Assembly: GCA_963707025.1 (NCBI GenBank)
Contig: CAVPOM010000007.1
Coordinates: forward strand, 224,001-288,000
From: an uncultured Verrucomicrobiae bacterium
GTDB taxonomy: Bacteria > Verrucomicrobiota > Verrucomicrobiia > Limisphaerales > Palsa-1400
Length of the DNA stretch: 64,000 nucleotides
Reading direction: 5' to 3'
The translations under genes were made by a program, and so were the position numbers. Below, one piece after another: positions 28,589 through 39,901 of the stretch. Under the pieces are notes generated by a model that made no database searches, was not told where the DNA came from, and saw only the letters and a list, made by a program, of their open reading frames with translations. Position 1 is the stretch's first letter. The number at the start of each line of letters is the position of its first letter.

Positions 28589-30103
28589 ATGAATACCAAC
28601 CATTCCTCCCCTTGCATGCCCCGCCGGGCCTTCATCAAAACCACCGCCGCGACCGCCGCCGCCGCGACCGTGGCGCCGGCCTTGCTTTCGACCGCCGCCG
28701 CCCAACCCGCCCCGGCAAAAATGATCGGCATCCAGGCCGGCCCGGTTTCCTTTGTGGACGAAGGAGTCGAACCGGTGCTCGATGTTTTTCAGGAGAAGGG
28801 CGCGGTCAACACGGTTTTTCTGACCACCTTCACCTACGGACGCGGTTTGTCCGGACGCCAGATCGCGGGCCACCCCTATCCCGATCATGGCAAGCAGGAA
28901 TCCGATGCCGCCTTTTATCATGGCGGCAACTACGCCACGCCGCACCCCGAGTTTTACCAGCACACCGCCCTGAAACAAACCCGCGCCCCGGATCACGGCG
29001 ACCTGGATATTGTCGCCGCCGTGCTGCCCGGCGCGCGCCGGCGCGGGATGAAACTGTTCTGCTCCATCGAAGACGCCTGGCGCGCCGACGTGCCCGGCTT
29101 GCCGGAGTTGGCCGAAGTGGACCTGCGAGGCCGCCGCACCTCTGCCACTTTGTGCCCGCTCCATCCCGAGGTCCAGGCCTTCTGGACCGGCCTGGCCACC
29201 GACCTCTGCAAGTCCTACGACATTGACGGCATCCTCTTTTTCAACGAGAACAACGGCCCGCTGCTCGAAGCCCTCGGCGCCAGTCACGCCCAGAGAATCG
29301 CCTCCTCCCGCGCCACCTGCTTTTGCGAGTTTCACAAACAGGCGGCGCGCGAGCGCGGCCTGAGCTTTGAACGCGCCCACCAAGGCTTCGTCAAGCTGGA
29401 CCAGTTTGTGCAAAACTCCCTGGCTGGCCGGCGGCCCGCCGACGGTTACTTCGTCGAGTTCTGGCGCCTGCTGGTGGAGTATCCCGAAATCATCGCCTGG
29501 GACCGGTTGTTTGACGAAGGCAAGCATGCGGTGCTGGCGGAGGTCAACGCCGCCGTCAAGGCGGTGCGGCCCGGCCTGCAGGTTGGATTTCACATCGAGC
29601 ACGTCAACTCGTTCAATCCCATCTTCCGCGCCACCCGCAGCTACGCCGACCTTGCGACGAAATCCGATTTCCTAAAAATTGTTGTGTACAACAACTGCGC
29701 CGGCGAGCGCTACGCCAACTTCATCCGCAACGTCCACGCCACCGTCTTCCGCGATGTCCCGGCGGAGGAGTTGCTCCGTTTCAACAACCATCTCCTCAAC
29801 TACGGCGCCGAAGCCGGGATGGACGGCTTGGCCCGGGCCGGCCTTTCCGCCGATTACGTCTTTCGCGAGACGCAGCGCGCCCTGGCCGGCGTGCAGGGCC
29901 AATGCAAAATCCTGCCGGGCATTGACATTGACCTGCCCACCGGCCCGGACAGCCGCAAGGCCACGGCGGAGGACACCTACGCCGCCGCCGCCGCCGGACT
30001 CAAGGCCGGGGCCGACGGCTTGCTCTACTCGCGCAAATACTCCGAGATGCGCCTGGCCAACCTCGCCGCCGCCGGCCGGGCCGCGCGCGATTTCAAAGGG
30101 TAG
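28589..30103 (+). CDS. Tat-exported hypothetical protein, probable glycoside-hydrolase-like TIM barrel
   Basis: PRRAFIK Tat signal; LCPLHPEV..YDIDGILF pattern of GH-like barrels. Confidence 0.7.
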   Translation: MNTNHSSPCMPRRAFIKTTAATAAAATVAPALLSTAAAQPAPAKMIGIQAGPVSFVDEGVEPVLDVFQEKGAVNTVFLTTFTYGRGLSGRQIAGHPYPDHGKQESDAAFYHGGNYATPHPEFYQHTALKQTRAPDHGDLDIVAAVLPGARRRGMKLFCSIEDAWRADVPGLPELAEVDLRGRRTSATLCPLHPEVQAFWTGLATDLCKSYDIDGILFFNENNGPLLEALGASHAQRIASSRATCFCEFHKQAARERGLSFERAHQGFVKLDQFVQNSLAGRRPADGYFVEFWRLLVEYPEIIAWDRLFDEGKHAVLAEVNAAVKAVRPGLQVGFHIEHVNSFNPIFRATRSYADLATKSDFLKIVVYNNCAGERYANFIRNVHATVFRDVPAEELLRFNNHLLNYGAEAGMDGLARAGLSADYVFRETQRALAGVQGQCKILPGIDIDLPTGPDSRKATAEDTYAAAAAGLKAGADGLLYSRKYSEMRLANLAAAGRAARDFKG

Positions 30104-30247
30104 TTGCCTGGGAAAGGGAAGGCAGCAGGGGAGCATGCGCGCCCTCGCTTGTGACGACCACTGCCCGCGCGAAATCCGGGGCCGCATGTCAAGAGGGAGC
30201 GAGGGTTGAAACGCCTTGGGACACGCCCCATTTTGTTTCAAATTCTC

Positions 30248-30724
30248 TCACCATGAAACGACAATGTCATACCAATCTGCGCCGCCAAAGGCCTCGTCAT
30301 CGAAGGTGATGCCCAGCGTTTCATTGTTGGCGGGGTCCGGCATCTGGGTGATGGTGACGGGGCCGCGCCCGGTCCGTTTTGAGATTTTAATTTTCGCCGG
30401 GTTACCCGGCCGGAAGGCGGGATTCAGCCCGGCATACGGCTGGCTCACGTTATTACTCCATTGCAGATTCCAGGCCTTGCCATTGAAGTACACGGGGTTG
30501 GCAGGCAATTGCCAGGATTTGTGCTCGAACCACAGTTTGTCGCCGCAGATCAGGACGACGTCCTTTCCATCAATATGCGCCTTGATCCGCAAAGCCGGCT
30601 GGCCAGGCCCGCAGCCATTCCAGAGGACCAGGCCCGCCAATCCGATGAAAACCACCGCCAGCGCCTCAGACGCCACCGCGCTCAACCGCTGCCCGGCGTG
30701 CTGCCATGGTCGGATTGCTTTCAT
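30248..30724 (-). CDS. Hypothetical exported protein
   Basis: Hydrophobic N-terminal segment ending WNGC, then a beta-rich domain (AHIDGKD..GGADWYDI). Confidence 0.6.
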   Translation of the reverse strand: MKAIRPWQHAGQRLSAVASEALAVVFIGLAGLVLWNGCGPGQPALRIKAHIDGKDVVLICGDKLWFEHKSWQLPANPVYFNGKAWNLQWSNNVSQPYAGLNPAFRPGNPAKIKISKRTGRGPVTITQMPDPANNETLGITFDDEAFGGADWYDIVVSW

Positions 30725-30801
30725 GCCCAAACCGTCGCGCCAAAATTCCGGGTTGTCCAGCCGAAACGCTCCCAGACGCCAACGATGGCCTGGCGTCTGG
30801 C

Positions 30802-31888
30802 TCAGCCGGCGCCGTCCACGGGGAGGCGGACGGTCACGGTGGTGAGTTGGCCGGGCTGGGAGGCGAAGTGGATGGTCCCCCCGTGGGCGTGGACAATCCA
30901 TTGCGCGATGCTCAAGCCCAGCCCGCAGCCTTCGACCTCGCGGTTGTGGCTGGCGTCGCCGCGAAAAAAGGGATCGAAGACGCGCGGCTGCAGTTCGGGG
31001 GCCAGGCCCGCGCCGGTGTTGGCGATGCGCAACTCGGCGGAGGGCCCGGCCCGCTTCAGAGAAATGGCCACCGTGCCGCCGGGCTGATTGTACTTGACGG
31101 CGTTGTCCGTCAAATTCAGCAGCAACTGGCGCAAACGATGGCGGTCGCCCTGGAGGGAGGCGGCCTGGCAGTCGGAAAGGCTGACCTGCACCCCCGCGGG
31201 CTGCGCCAGGAGGTTGGCGTCGGCGAAGCATTCCCGCACCAGTTCGTCCAACGGCACCGGTTCCAGGCGCAGGGCGATCTGGCCGGCGTCGGCCTTGGTC
31301 AGGAGCGTCAGGCCATCCACAATTTTGGCCAGCCGGTCAATCTCGTCCATCTGGCTCAAAAGGCGGGCCGGCTGGGGCGGGGCGCCGTTTTTTTCCTCGC
31401 GCAGTGCGACTTCCAACTCGCCGCGCAGGACGGTGAGCGGGGTTTTGAGCTCGTGCGAGGCGTGCAGGGTGAATTCGCGCACGCGCTGGAAGGAGGTGTC
31501 GAGGCGGGCCGTCATGCCGTTGAAAACCTCCGTCAGCCGGTCCAGTTCGTCGCCGTTGCCGGAGCGGGGCAATTGCTCGCGCAGGCTGCGTTCGTTGATG
31601 CGCCCGGCCGCCTGGGTCAGGGCCGCCACGGGGGCGAGAGCTTTGCGGGTGAGCCACCAGCCGCCCGCCAGGGCCAGCAGCAGCGCCGGCACGCCGCTCC
31701 ACAAGATGATCTCCCGGACCTCCCGGAAATCCATCGCCTGGTCCGCCACTTCATCCGCCGGCTCCCCCCCGCTGAGCGCGGTGGGCCGGGATGGCCACAA
31801 AGTGCCGGTAGGCAAGGGCGCCGGTGGCCAGCAACGAGGCAAACATGAGGCTGGCGTACCAAAAAGTGAGGCGGGCGCGAATGGTCAT
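30802..31888 (-). CDS. Sensor histidine kinase, CusS/CzcS-like (frameshift in G run near 31765)
   Basis: MTIRARLTFWY TM1, HAMP, ASHELKTPL, NLTDNAVKY, GLGLSI. Confidence 0.9.
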
Positions 31889-31917
31889 ATTGCATCAGGC
31901 AAAGTTCACTTCGGGTC

Positions 31918-32592
31918 TTACTTTCCCTCCTTCAGCACATAACCGGCCCCGCGCACGGTATGGAGGAGTTTGTGCTCGAAGTCGGCGTCAATCTTCTCCC
32001 GCAGCCGCCGCACATAGACGTCCACGATATTGGTTCCCGGATCGAAATTATAATCCCAGACCTTCTCCAGAATGGTCATGCGCCCGCAAACCCGCCCAGC
32101 CGAGCGCATCAGAAATTCCAGCAGCCGGTATTCGCGCGCCGCCAGGTCGAAGGTGGTGGGGCCGCGCCGGGCCTGGCGCGTGATGGTGTCCAGCGTCAGG
32201 TCGGCCACGCGCAGGAGCTGGGGCTTGGGTTCGTTGCCGCGCCGGACCAGGGCGCGCAGCCGCGCCACCAATTCGGCCAGCACGAACGGCTTGGCCAGAT
32301 AGTCATCGGCGCCGATGTTCAATCCTTCCACCCGGTCGTTGACATCGCCGCGCGCCGAGAGCAGCAAGACCGGCGTGCGGTTGCGGCGCTGGCGCAACTG
32401 CCGCAGCACGCTCAACCCGTCCTGCCCCGGCAGCATGATGTCCAGGACGATGGCGTCGAAGGACACGGCCATCGCCTCCGCCAGGGCCGCCGGGCCGTTG
32501 TGGCACACATCCACGGCGATATGTTCCGCTTCCAGGGCCGAGCGGATGAACGACGCCGTTTTCCTTTCGTCTTCCACCACCAATACGCGCAT
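31918..32592 (-). CDS. OmpR-family response regulator, CusR/CzcR-like
   Basis: VVEDE, LDIMLP, GADDYLAKPF, NIVDVYVRRLR, TVRGAGY. Confidence 0.95.
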   Translation of the reverse strand: MRVLVVEDERKTASFIRSALEAEHIAVDVCHNGPAALAEAMAVSFDAIVLDIMLPGQDGLSVLRQLRQRRNRTPVLLLSARGDVNDRVEGLNIGADDYLAKPFVLAELVARLRALVRRGNEPKPQLLRVADLTLDTITRQARRGPTTFDLAAREYRLLEFLMRSAGRVCGRMTILEKVWDYNFDPGTNIVDVYVRRLREKIDADFEHKLLHTVRGAGYVLKEGK

Positions 32593-32638
32593 GAGCGGAC
32601 TCTAGCGCAATTCCCGCGGCCAATGAAGCTGATTTTCA

Positions 32639-32656
32639 GATGACAAAACTGTCATC
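32639..32656. promoter_or_regulatory. CusR/CopR-like operator palindrome
   Basis: GATGACA-AAAC-TGTCATC between the divergent regulator and efflux operon. Confidence 0.7.
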
Positions 32657-32741
32657 AATCCCGCCTTGAAGGCCCGCCGTCACGCCTGCACTTTCCCACT
32701 TGGACCAAAAGTCAAAAGGACCAAAATTCAAACTTACTTTT

Positions 32742-33734
32742 ATGAACAGAAATCAATGCTTCAGTCTGCTGGCCCTGGGTTTGGCGCTGACCACGCCCGC
32801 GTCACTGCGCGCAGCGGAGGGGCCTTACCGTTTGTGGAAGGAGATACCGGTGGGCGGCCCCAGTTCCTGTGATTACATTTCCGTGGATGAGGCGGGCCGC
32901 CGTCTTTACGCCAGTCACGGCACCGAAGTGGTGGTGATTGACCTTGACAGCGATACGGTGGTGGGGAAGATCCCCAACACCCCCCGCGTGCATGGCTTTG
33001 CCATCGCGCATGACCTGGGGCGGGGCGTCGCCAGCAACGGCGGCGAGAACAAGGCCAGTGTGGTGGATTTGAAGACGCTGGAAACGATCACCAAGCTGGA
33101 CACCGAAAGGAACCCCGACGGCATGCTCTACGAACCCAGCCAGCACGAGGTTTATTTGTTCAACGGGGGAAGCGCCTCGGCCAGCGTCATTAACGTGAAG
33201 GATGCCAAAGTCGTGGCCACCATCCCGCTGGGCGGCAAGCCGGAATTTGGCGCGGCCGATCCGGCGGCCGGGCGCGTTTATGACAACCTGGAAGACAAAA
33301 GCGCGGTGGTAGTGATTGACACCAAGACCCACGCCGTCGTGGCGACCTGGCCGATCGCCGGGGGCCAGGGGCCTTCCGGCATGGCCATTGACACCGCCCA
33401 CCACCGGCTCTTCATCGGCTGCGGCGAAAACAACGTGATGGCCATGATGGACAGTTCCAATGGCAAAGTCATCACCACCGTGCCCATCGGCGCCGGGGTG
33501 GATGCCACCGCCTTTGATCCGGCCACCCAACTGGCCTTTGCCTCCTGCGGCGACGCGGCCACCACCACCATCGCCCATGAGGATTCCCCGGACAAACTGA
33601 CCGTGGTGCAAACCCTCAAGACGGAGCGCGGGGCCAAAACCATGACGATTGACCCCAAGACGCACAGGATTTACCTCCCGGTGCGAGGCGGACCCAGTTT
33701 CAAAGTGCTGGTGTACGAGATGCAAAAGCCCTAA
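32742..33734 (+). CDS. YncE-family beta-propeller periplasmic protein
   Basis: Signal peptide, repeated VVVID..VVATIP blades. Confidence 0.88.
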   Translation: MNRNQCFSLLALGLALTTPASLRAAEGPYRLWKEIPVGGPSSCDYISVDEAGRRLYASHGTEVVVIDLDSDTVVGKIPNTPRVHGFAIAHDLGRGVASNGGENKASVVDLKTLETITKLDTERNPDGMLYEPSQHEVYLFNGGSASASVINVKDAKVVATIPLGGKPEFGAADPAAGRVYDNLEDKSAVVVIDTKTHAVVATWPIAGGQGPSGMAIDTAHHRLFIGCGENNVMAMMDSSNGKVITTVPIGAGVDATAFDPATQLAFASCGDAATTTIAHEDSPDKLTVVQTLKTERGAKTMTIDPKTHRIYLPVRGGPSFKVLVYEMQKP

Positions 33735-33743
33735 GCTGCCTAA

Positions 33744-35175
33744 TTGTTGACTTTGATACCCAGATTTTGCCTGGCTTTGCCCTTATGCGGACTGGCGGCC
33801 GGCTGCGCTCACTACGAGGCGCAGCCGCTTTCACCCGCCCGGACCGCCTCCGCCCTGGAAAGCCGCGCGCTGGACGATCCCGGCCTGAGAACTTTCCTGG
33901 AAAAGAATCTCCACCGCGATGCCGCCGCCGGCCCGCCGCGCGCCTGGGATTTTGAAATGCTCACGCTGGCGGCCTTCTATTATCATCCTGATTTGGAAGT
34001 TGCCCGCGCGCAGTGGAGTGTCGCGCAAGCCGCCATCCAAACCGCCGGCGGACGGCCCAATCCGGCGTTGACCGTCACCCCCGCGCTCAATTTCAGCCAC
34101 GTCAACGCCCAGTACCGGACTAAGCCCGTGGCTGCCGGCGGTGAATTTCGATGTGCCTGTGGAGACGGCCGGCAAGCGGGGCAAGCGCATCGCGCAGGCG
34201 CGGCAACTGTCCGAATCCGCGCGCCTCAACATCGCCGCCACGGCGTGGCAGGTGCGGGCCGGGGTGCGGACCAGCCTGCTGGAATTTTCCGCGGCGCGGC
34301 AGCGGGAGGCGCTTCTGCAAAACCAGATTTCCATCCAGCAGCGAATCATCTCGCTCCTGGACCAGCAAATCCAGGCCGGCGCGCTGGCCGCGCCGGAGGC
34401 GGTGGCCTTTCGCATCGCCCTGCAAAAAACCCAGCTTGACCTGGCCGACGCCCAGCGGGAGCGCGCCGAGTCCCGCGCGCACCTGGCGGAATCCATCGGC
34501 GTCCCGGTCCGCGCGCTGGATGCGGTGGAATTGCCGGCGCTGTTTCCAGACAGCGCGATGGCTGACAGCCTGACCTCCGCCGAAATCCGGCATGAGGCGC
34601 TGTTGGGCCGCTGCGACGTTCTTGGGGCGCTGGCCGATTACGCGGCGGCCGAGTCGGCCTTGCGACTGGAAATCGCGCGGCAATATCCCGACGTTCATTT
34701 CGGCCCGGGCTATCAGTTTGACCAGGGAGATAATATATGGAGCCTCGGGATCACCTTCGACCTGCCGGTGCTCAACCAGAACCAAGGCCCGATTGCCGAA
34801 GCCGCCGCGCGCCGCACGGAAGCCGCCGCCCGCTTCAACGCGCTTCAGGCCAAAGTGCTGGCGGACATTGACACGGCGGTGGAAAGTTTTCGCGCCACGG
34901 AAAAGAGCCTGGCCCTGCTCCAGGATCTGGCCGCCACCCAGGCCAAGTCCCGCGACGCCGTCGCCGCGCAGGTCAACGCCGGCGCCGCCGCCCCGCTCGA
35001 TTTGTTAAACGCCCAACTGGAATATGCCGTGGCCGAAGAGGGGCAGTTGGAGGCGCGGGTGAAAAGGCAACAGTCCCTGGCGGCCCTGGAAGATGCCGTG
35101 CAACGTCCCATTGAAATGATAACGCCGGGCGTGATCGAGCGGAATCCGGCGGCGACAAAGGAGAAGAAACCGTGA
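33744..35175 (+). CDS. TolC-family outer membrane efflux lipoprotein (frameshift near 34110)
   Basis: Lipobox LAAGC, HPDLEVAR, PVETAGKR, QYPDVHFGPGY, NQNQGPIAEA. Confidence 0.85.
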
Positions 35176-36608
35176 AGCGATCCCTTGTTTTCATCATCGT
35201 AATTGCCGCGGCCATCGGCGGCGGATTCTGGTGGTACAAGCACCATAACGCCGCCGTTGAGCCGCCGGCTGCCGCGGACCAAAGCCCCCAAGTCACCCAC
35301 GACGCCCAGGGCAACACCGTGGTCAGCATGAGTGACGACGAGCAGGGGGACTTGGGGATCGTCTTTGGCAACCCGGCGGCCGGGCAGTGGAGGCAGGAAG
35401 GCAAAGGCTCCGCCCCGGCGCTCCACCCGCCTGCGCTGGAGGGCGTCCTCATCCCGCGCGACGCCGTGGTGCTGGTGGAAGGCGCGAGCTGGGTTTATTT
35501 GATGAACAAAGACAAGGGCGGAGAAGCCTTCACCCGCATAAAAGCCCCGTTGGACCGGCTGACCGACGCCGGATGGTTTGTGACGGGAACCATCAAGACC
35601 AACGATTACATCGTTGTCACAGGCGCGCAGAAGCTCCTTGCAACAGAACTCAAACCGGCGGGCGCCGAGGAGAGCACACCCACGGTCGTCAGTGTCCAGA
35701 CCAACGCGCTCCAGCAGGCCGCACTGCATCGTTACGTGCAAGGTTACGGCACGGTGGAACCCGCGCCCGCCACGACCAACGCTTCGGCCGCGAGCGTGTC
35801 GCTGGCTGCGCCGGTGCCGGGCGTCATCACCAAGGTCGCCGTGGTGGAAGGCCAGCACGTCGAAAAGGGCGATTTGGTGGCGGAATTGAATTCAGGCACC
35901 TTGACACTGGAGAACGCGGCACAGGAAGTGGCGCGGCAAAGGCAATTATACGCGCAAACCAACACCTCGCTAAGAAACTTGCAGAGCGCCGAAGCCCAAG
36001 TGGCCTTGTTGCGCGTCCTCGCGCCCATGTCCGGCACGGTTGTGCATGTCAATGTCAAACCCGGTCAGTCAGTGGATTTGCCGACGGTCGTGGCGGAAGT
36101 GATGGATTTGAACCGGCTGGTGGTGACCGCGGCAATTCCGGCGGCGCAAGCCGGCGAATTAAGAACCGGGAATCCGGTCGAAGTGTTGACCGGGCCTCCG
36201 GTGACGGCGGACCTTGCCTACATCAGCCCGACGGTGGACACGAACAGCGACACGGTGCTGGTGCGAGCGTCGTTGCCGGTGGGCGGCGGTTTGCGGCCTG
36301 GACAATTCGTTCCTTTACGCATCGTGACGGCGGTTCACACGAACTGTCTGGCAGCGCCGGCCGAAGGGGTGGTGATGGATGGGACCGGCCAAAGCGTCAT
36401 CGCGCTGGTCAAGGGCAACGAGGCAACGCAAACGGCGGTGCAGACCGGTTTGCGGGAGAACGGCTGGATTGAAGTCGCCGCCCCGGGACTGAGAGCGGGC
36501 GATGCGTTGGTGACGGTCGGCGCCTACGGCCTGCCGGCGACCACGAAAATCCGCGTTCAGAATGCCGCGGGCGGCGAAACGTCCACCAATTCGTCCAGCG
36601 CCAAATGA
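35172..36608 (+). CDS. RND periplasmic adaptor with an extra N-terminal membrane-proximal-like module
   Basis: TM anchor; lipoyl halves APVPGVITKV and APMSGTVVHV; LRPGQFV; GLRAGDALVTVG. Confidence 0.85.
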   Translation: MKRSLVFIIVIAAAIGGGFWWYKHHNAAVEPPAAADQSPQVTHDAQGNTVVSMSDDEQGDLGIVFGNPAAGQWRQEGKGSAPALHPPALEGVLIPRDAVVLVEGASWVYLMNKDKGGEAFTRIKAPLDRLTDAGWFVTGTIKTNDYIVVTGAQKLLATELKPAGAEESTPTVVSVQTNALQQAALHRYVQGYGTVEPAPATTNASAASVSLAAPVPGVITKVAVVEGQHVEKGDLVAELNSGTLTLENAAQEVARQRQLYAQTNTSLRNLQSAEAQVALLRVLAPMSGTVVHVNVKPGQSVDLPTVVAEVMDLNRLVVTAAIPAAQAGELRTGNPVEVLTGPPVTADLAYISPTVDTNSDTVLVRASLPVGGGLRPGQFVPLRIVTAVHTNCLAAPAEGVVMDGTGQSVIALVKGNEATQTAVQTGLRENGWIEVAAPGLRAGDALVTVGAYGLPATTKIRVQNAAGGETSTNSSSAK

Positions 36609-39600
36609 AGCCCGATGTCATTTCGCCTTTGGGCCGGTTCGCCACAAAGCACGCGCTGTCCATCACGTTCGTCGCGGCGGCCTTGTGTCTGGCGGGAATT
36701 TTCTCCGCGCTGCGCATGCCGTCGTCGGTTTTTCCGCAGACCAATTTTCCGCGCGTCGTCATTCTCGTGAACAACGGCATCATGCCCGCCGACGAAATGA
36801 TGGCGACGGTAACGCGGCCCATCGAAGAGGCGATGAAAGACATTCCGGGCGCGCTCACCGTGCGTTCGGCCACCAAGCGCGGTTCGGCCCAGATCAATGT
36901 CTTCTTCAACTGGCATGTGGACATGTCGCAGTCCGAGCTGTATGTGCTGGGGCGGCTCTCGCAAATCCGCAGTGATCTGCCGGCGACCGCCGACACGGAA
37001 ATTGAGCGCGTGACGTTCTCGGCCTTTCCCATCATTGGCATCAGCCTCACCAGTTCCAGCCGCGACATCATGTCGCTTTGGGAGACGGCGAATTATGAGT
37101 TGAAGCCGCGTTTTCTCCAAATTCCCGGCGTGGCCCGCGTGGAAATCCTGGGCGGCCGGGAGCCGGAATTTCATGTGGTGGTTGACCCGCTGAAATTGCA
37201 GGCCGCCGGCCTCTGCTTGGCAGGACGTGTGCGACGCGCTAACGAAGAACAACCTCATCGCGCCGGCCGGCATGATGGAGGAAAATTACCATCTTTACCT
37301 GACGACGGTGGACGGGCGCGTGCATTCGGTGGCGGCCATGGAGGATTTGGTGATCGCGGTCCGCGGCGGCCACCCCGTGCAAGTCAAGGATGTGGCGCGT
37401 GTCGAACGCGGGCCAAAGCCGGTCTTCCAATCCATCACCGCTCAAGGCCGCGAGTCGGTGCTGTTGAACATCCTGAGCCAGGCCGACGGCAGCACGCTCG
37501 ACATTGCCACCGCGTTGAAAGCAAAACTTGAGCAACTCCGGCAGGAATTGCCGCCGGATATGCGTCTGGCGTTCTATTACGACCAATCGCTCTTCGTGCG
37601 CGATTCGGTGGGGAGCGTTTGGGACGCGATTATTTTCGGGCTGATTCTGTCGGTGCTGATTCTTTATTTCTTCCTGAAGAATTGGGGCAGCGTGTGGACC
37701 GCCATCGTCACCATTCCGATTACGGTGCTGATCACGCTGGTCGCCATGAAACTGGCCAATATGAGCTTCAACATGATGACGCTGGGCGGCATCGCGGCCT
37801 CCATCGGGCTGGTGATTGACAACGCCATCGTCGTGGTCGAGGCGATGTGCGTGAAGATCGCGGCGGGGCGGCCGCGGCTGGAGGGAATTCAGGAAGCCAT
37901 CCACGAGATACTTTATCCGCTGGTCGGCTCGACGCTGACACCGGTGGTGGTATTCCTGCCGCTGGCGTTTTTGTCGGGCATTACGGGCGTGTTTTTCCGG
38001 GCGCTGGCGCTGACCATGGTGGTCTCGCTGCTCACCTCGCTGGTTCTGGCCCTCACCCTGACGCCGTCGCTGGCCGCCTGGTTCATCCGCGAGCGCGACC
38101 AACCGGAGCCCGGCCGCGCGCCCGGCGGTCTGGAGGGCGGCTTTTTGCTCCGGCGCGTCATCCGCGTTTACGAATGGGCGCTGCGCTGGGCGCTGGCGCA
38201 TCGCTGGCTCAGCTTGCTGGCCTGCGGCGTGGTGCTGGTCGCTTCCTTTTTCATTTACCAGCAGTTGCAGTCGGATTTTCTGCCCGATTTTGACGAAGGC
38301 GGTTTTGTCATTGATTTCTGGGCGCCCCCGGGCACGAGTCTGACCGAAACATCGCGCCAGCTTGCGGCGGCGGAGCAAATGTTGTCGGCCAACCCGGACG
38401 TGGAGAGTTATTCGCGCCGGCTCGGCGCGGAAATGGGCATGTTCATCACCGAACCGTATCGGGGCGACTTTGCGATCAAGCTCAAACGCGAGCGCGAGCA
38501 TTCGACCGATGAGGTTATCGCCGCCTTGCGCCACACCTTCAACGAGCAATTCCCCGCCTTCCGCTGGGAGTTTCCCGGCATCCTGACCGATGTCATCGGC
38601 GATTTGCAGTTGACGCCCGATCCGGTGGAAATCAAATTGTTCTCCACCGATTTGAAATGGCTGCGGCAGGTCGCGCCGCGTGTGGAAGAACAAATAAAAG
38701 CGATGCCGGGCGTGGTGGACACATTCGACGGCCTGACGGAAACCGGCCCCTCCATCAATTTCCGGGTGCGCCCCGCCGACGCCGCGCGGTTTGGCTTGAG
38801 CATCCAGGACATCGCCGCCGCCGTGAACACCGCGATGCTGGGCCAGGCGGTGTCGTCCGTGTTGGAAGGCGACCGGGTGGTCAGCATCCGCGTGCTGGCC
38901 AATCCGGCGAGCATCAACCACCTGGCCGGTTTGAGCGAACTGCCATTGCGGGCGGCCAACGGCACGGTGGTGCGGCTGGCGCAAGTCGCGGACGTGGCCC
39001 AGGAGCCGAGCGAAGTGGAACTGGTCCGCGACGATTTGCGCCAGGACATCATCGTCTCCGCCCGGCTCGAAGGCCGCGATTTGGGCAGCGCGATGACAGA
39101 AATCCAGGACAAGTTGAGCCAGGACCAATGGCTGCCGGCGGGCACGGTGGAATACGGCGGCCTTTACCAGCAGCAGCAGGAATCTTTCCGTAATCTCATC
39201 ATGGTCCTGCTGGCCGCCATCCTCCTCGTGTTCACCGTGCTGCTGATCGAATTCCGCTCCTTCTACGAGCCGGTCGCCATTGTGTTTGGCGCGGTGCTGG
39301 CGCTGTTTGGAACAGTGGCGGCGCTCTGGATCACGGGCACCTCGTTGAACATCGTCTCCTTCCTGGGCGCGATCATTGGGGTCGGCATTGTGGCCAAGAA
39401 CGGCATCCTCATGCTCGACTTTGTGGATCATCTCCGCACGCAAGGCGTGCCGCTGGAAGAAGCCCTCGTGCGCTCCGGCCATCGGCGGCTGCGCCCGGTG
39501 TTGATGACCTCGCTGGCGGCGGCCCTGGGGATGCTGCCCTTGGCCTGGGGCATCGGCAGCGGCGCCGAGATGCTGCGCCCGCTGGCCATCGCGGTGATTG

Positions 39601-39713
39601 GCGCCCTGTGCATTTCCGTGCTGCTCTCCCTCGTCGCCACACCGGCGGCGTATTACGTCCTGTTGCGCCTGCGCGAAAAAAAGGCCTTTCAACCAGTGGC
39701 GCCGCAGGGGTAA
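36605..39713 (+). CDS. RND efflux permease, CusA/CzcA-like (frameshift near 37220)
   Basis: FPQTNFPRVV, GLVIDNAIVVVE, FLPDFDEG, GIVAKNGI, RLRPVLMT. Confidence 0.92.
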
Positions 39714-39739
39714 GGCGGCGAACGCCGTTCAGGAACGGC

Positions 39740-39901
39740 TCAAGGTTTGCGGAGGCGAACGCGCCCGGCGCGAATATCCTGCTCGCCGCGCTCAATCTTG
39801 GCCTTGAACTCGTCGGTGAATTCCAGATTGTCCTCCAGCATGTTTTCCAGCCAGTCAATTAAGGGTAAGCCTATACGAATCCTGACTTCGCGTCCCTTCA
39901 T
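39740..39901 (-). CDS. Small antitoxin-like protein or remnant
   Basis: [39 protein letters not shown] overlap with the ALDH stop. Confidence 0.4.
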   Translation of the reverse strand: MKGREVRIRIGLPLIDWLENMLEDNLEFTDEFKAKIERGEQDIRAGRVRLRKP

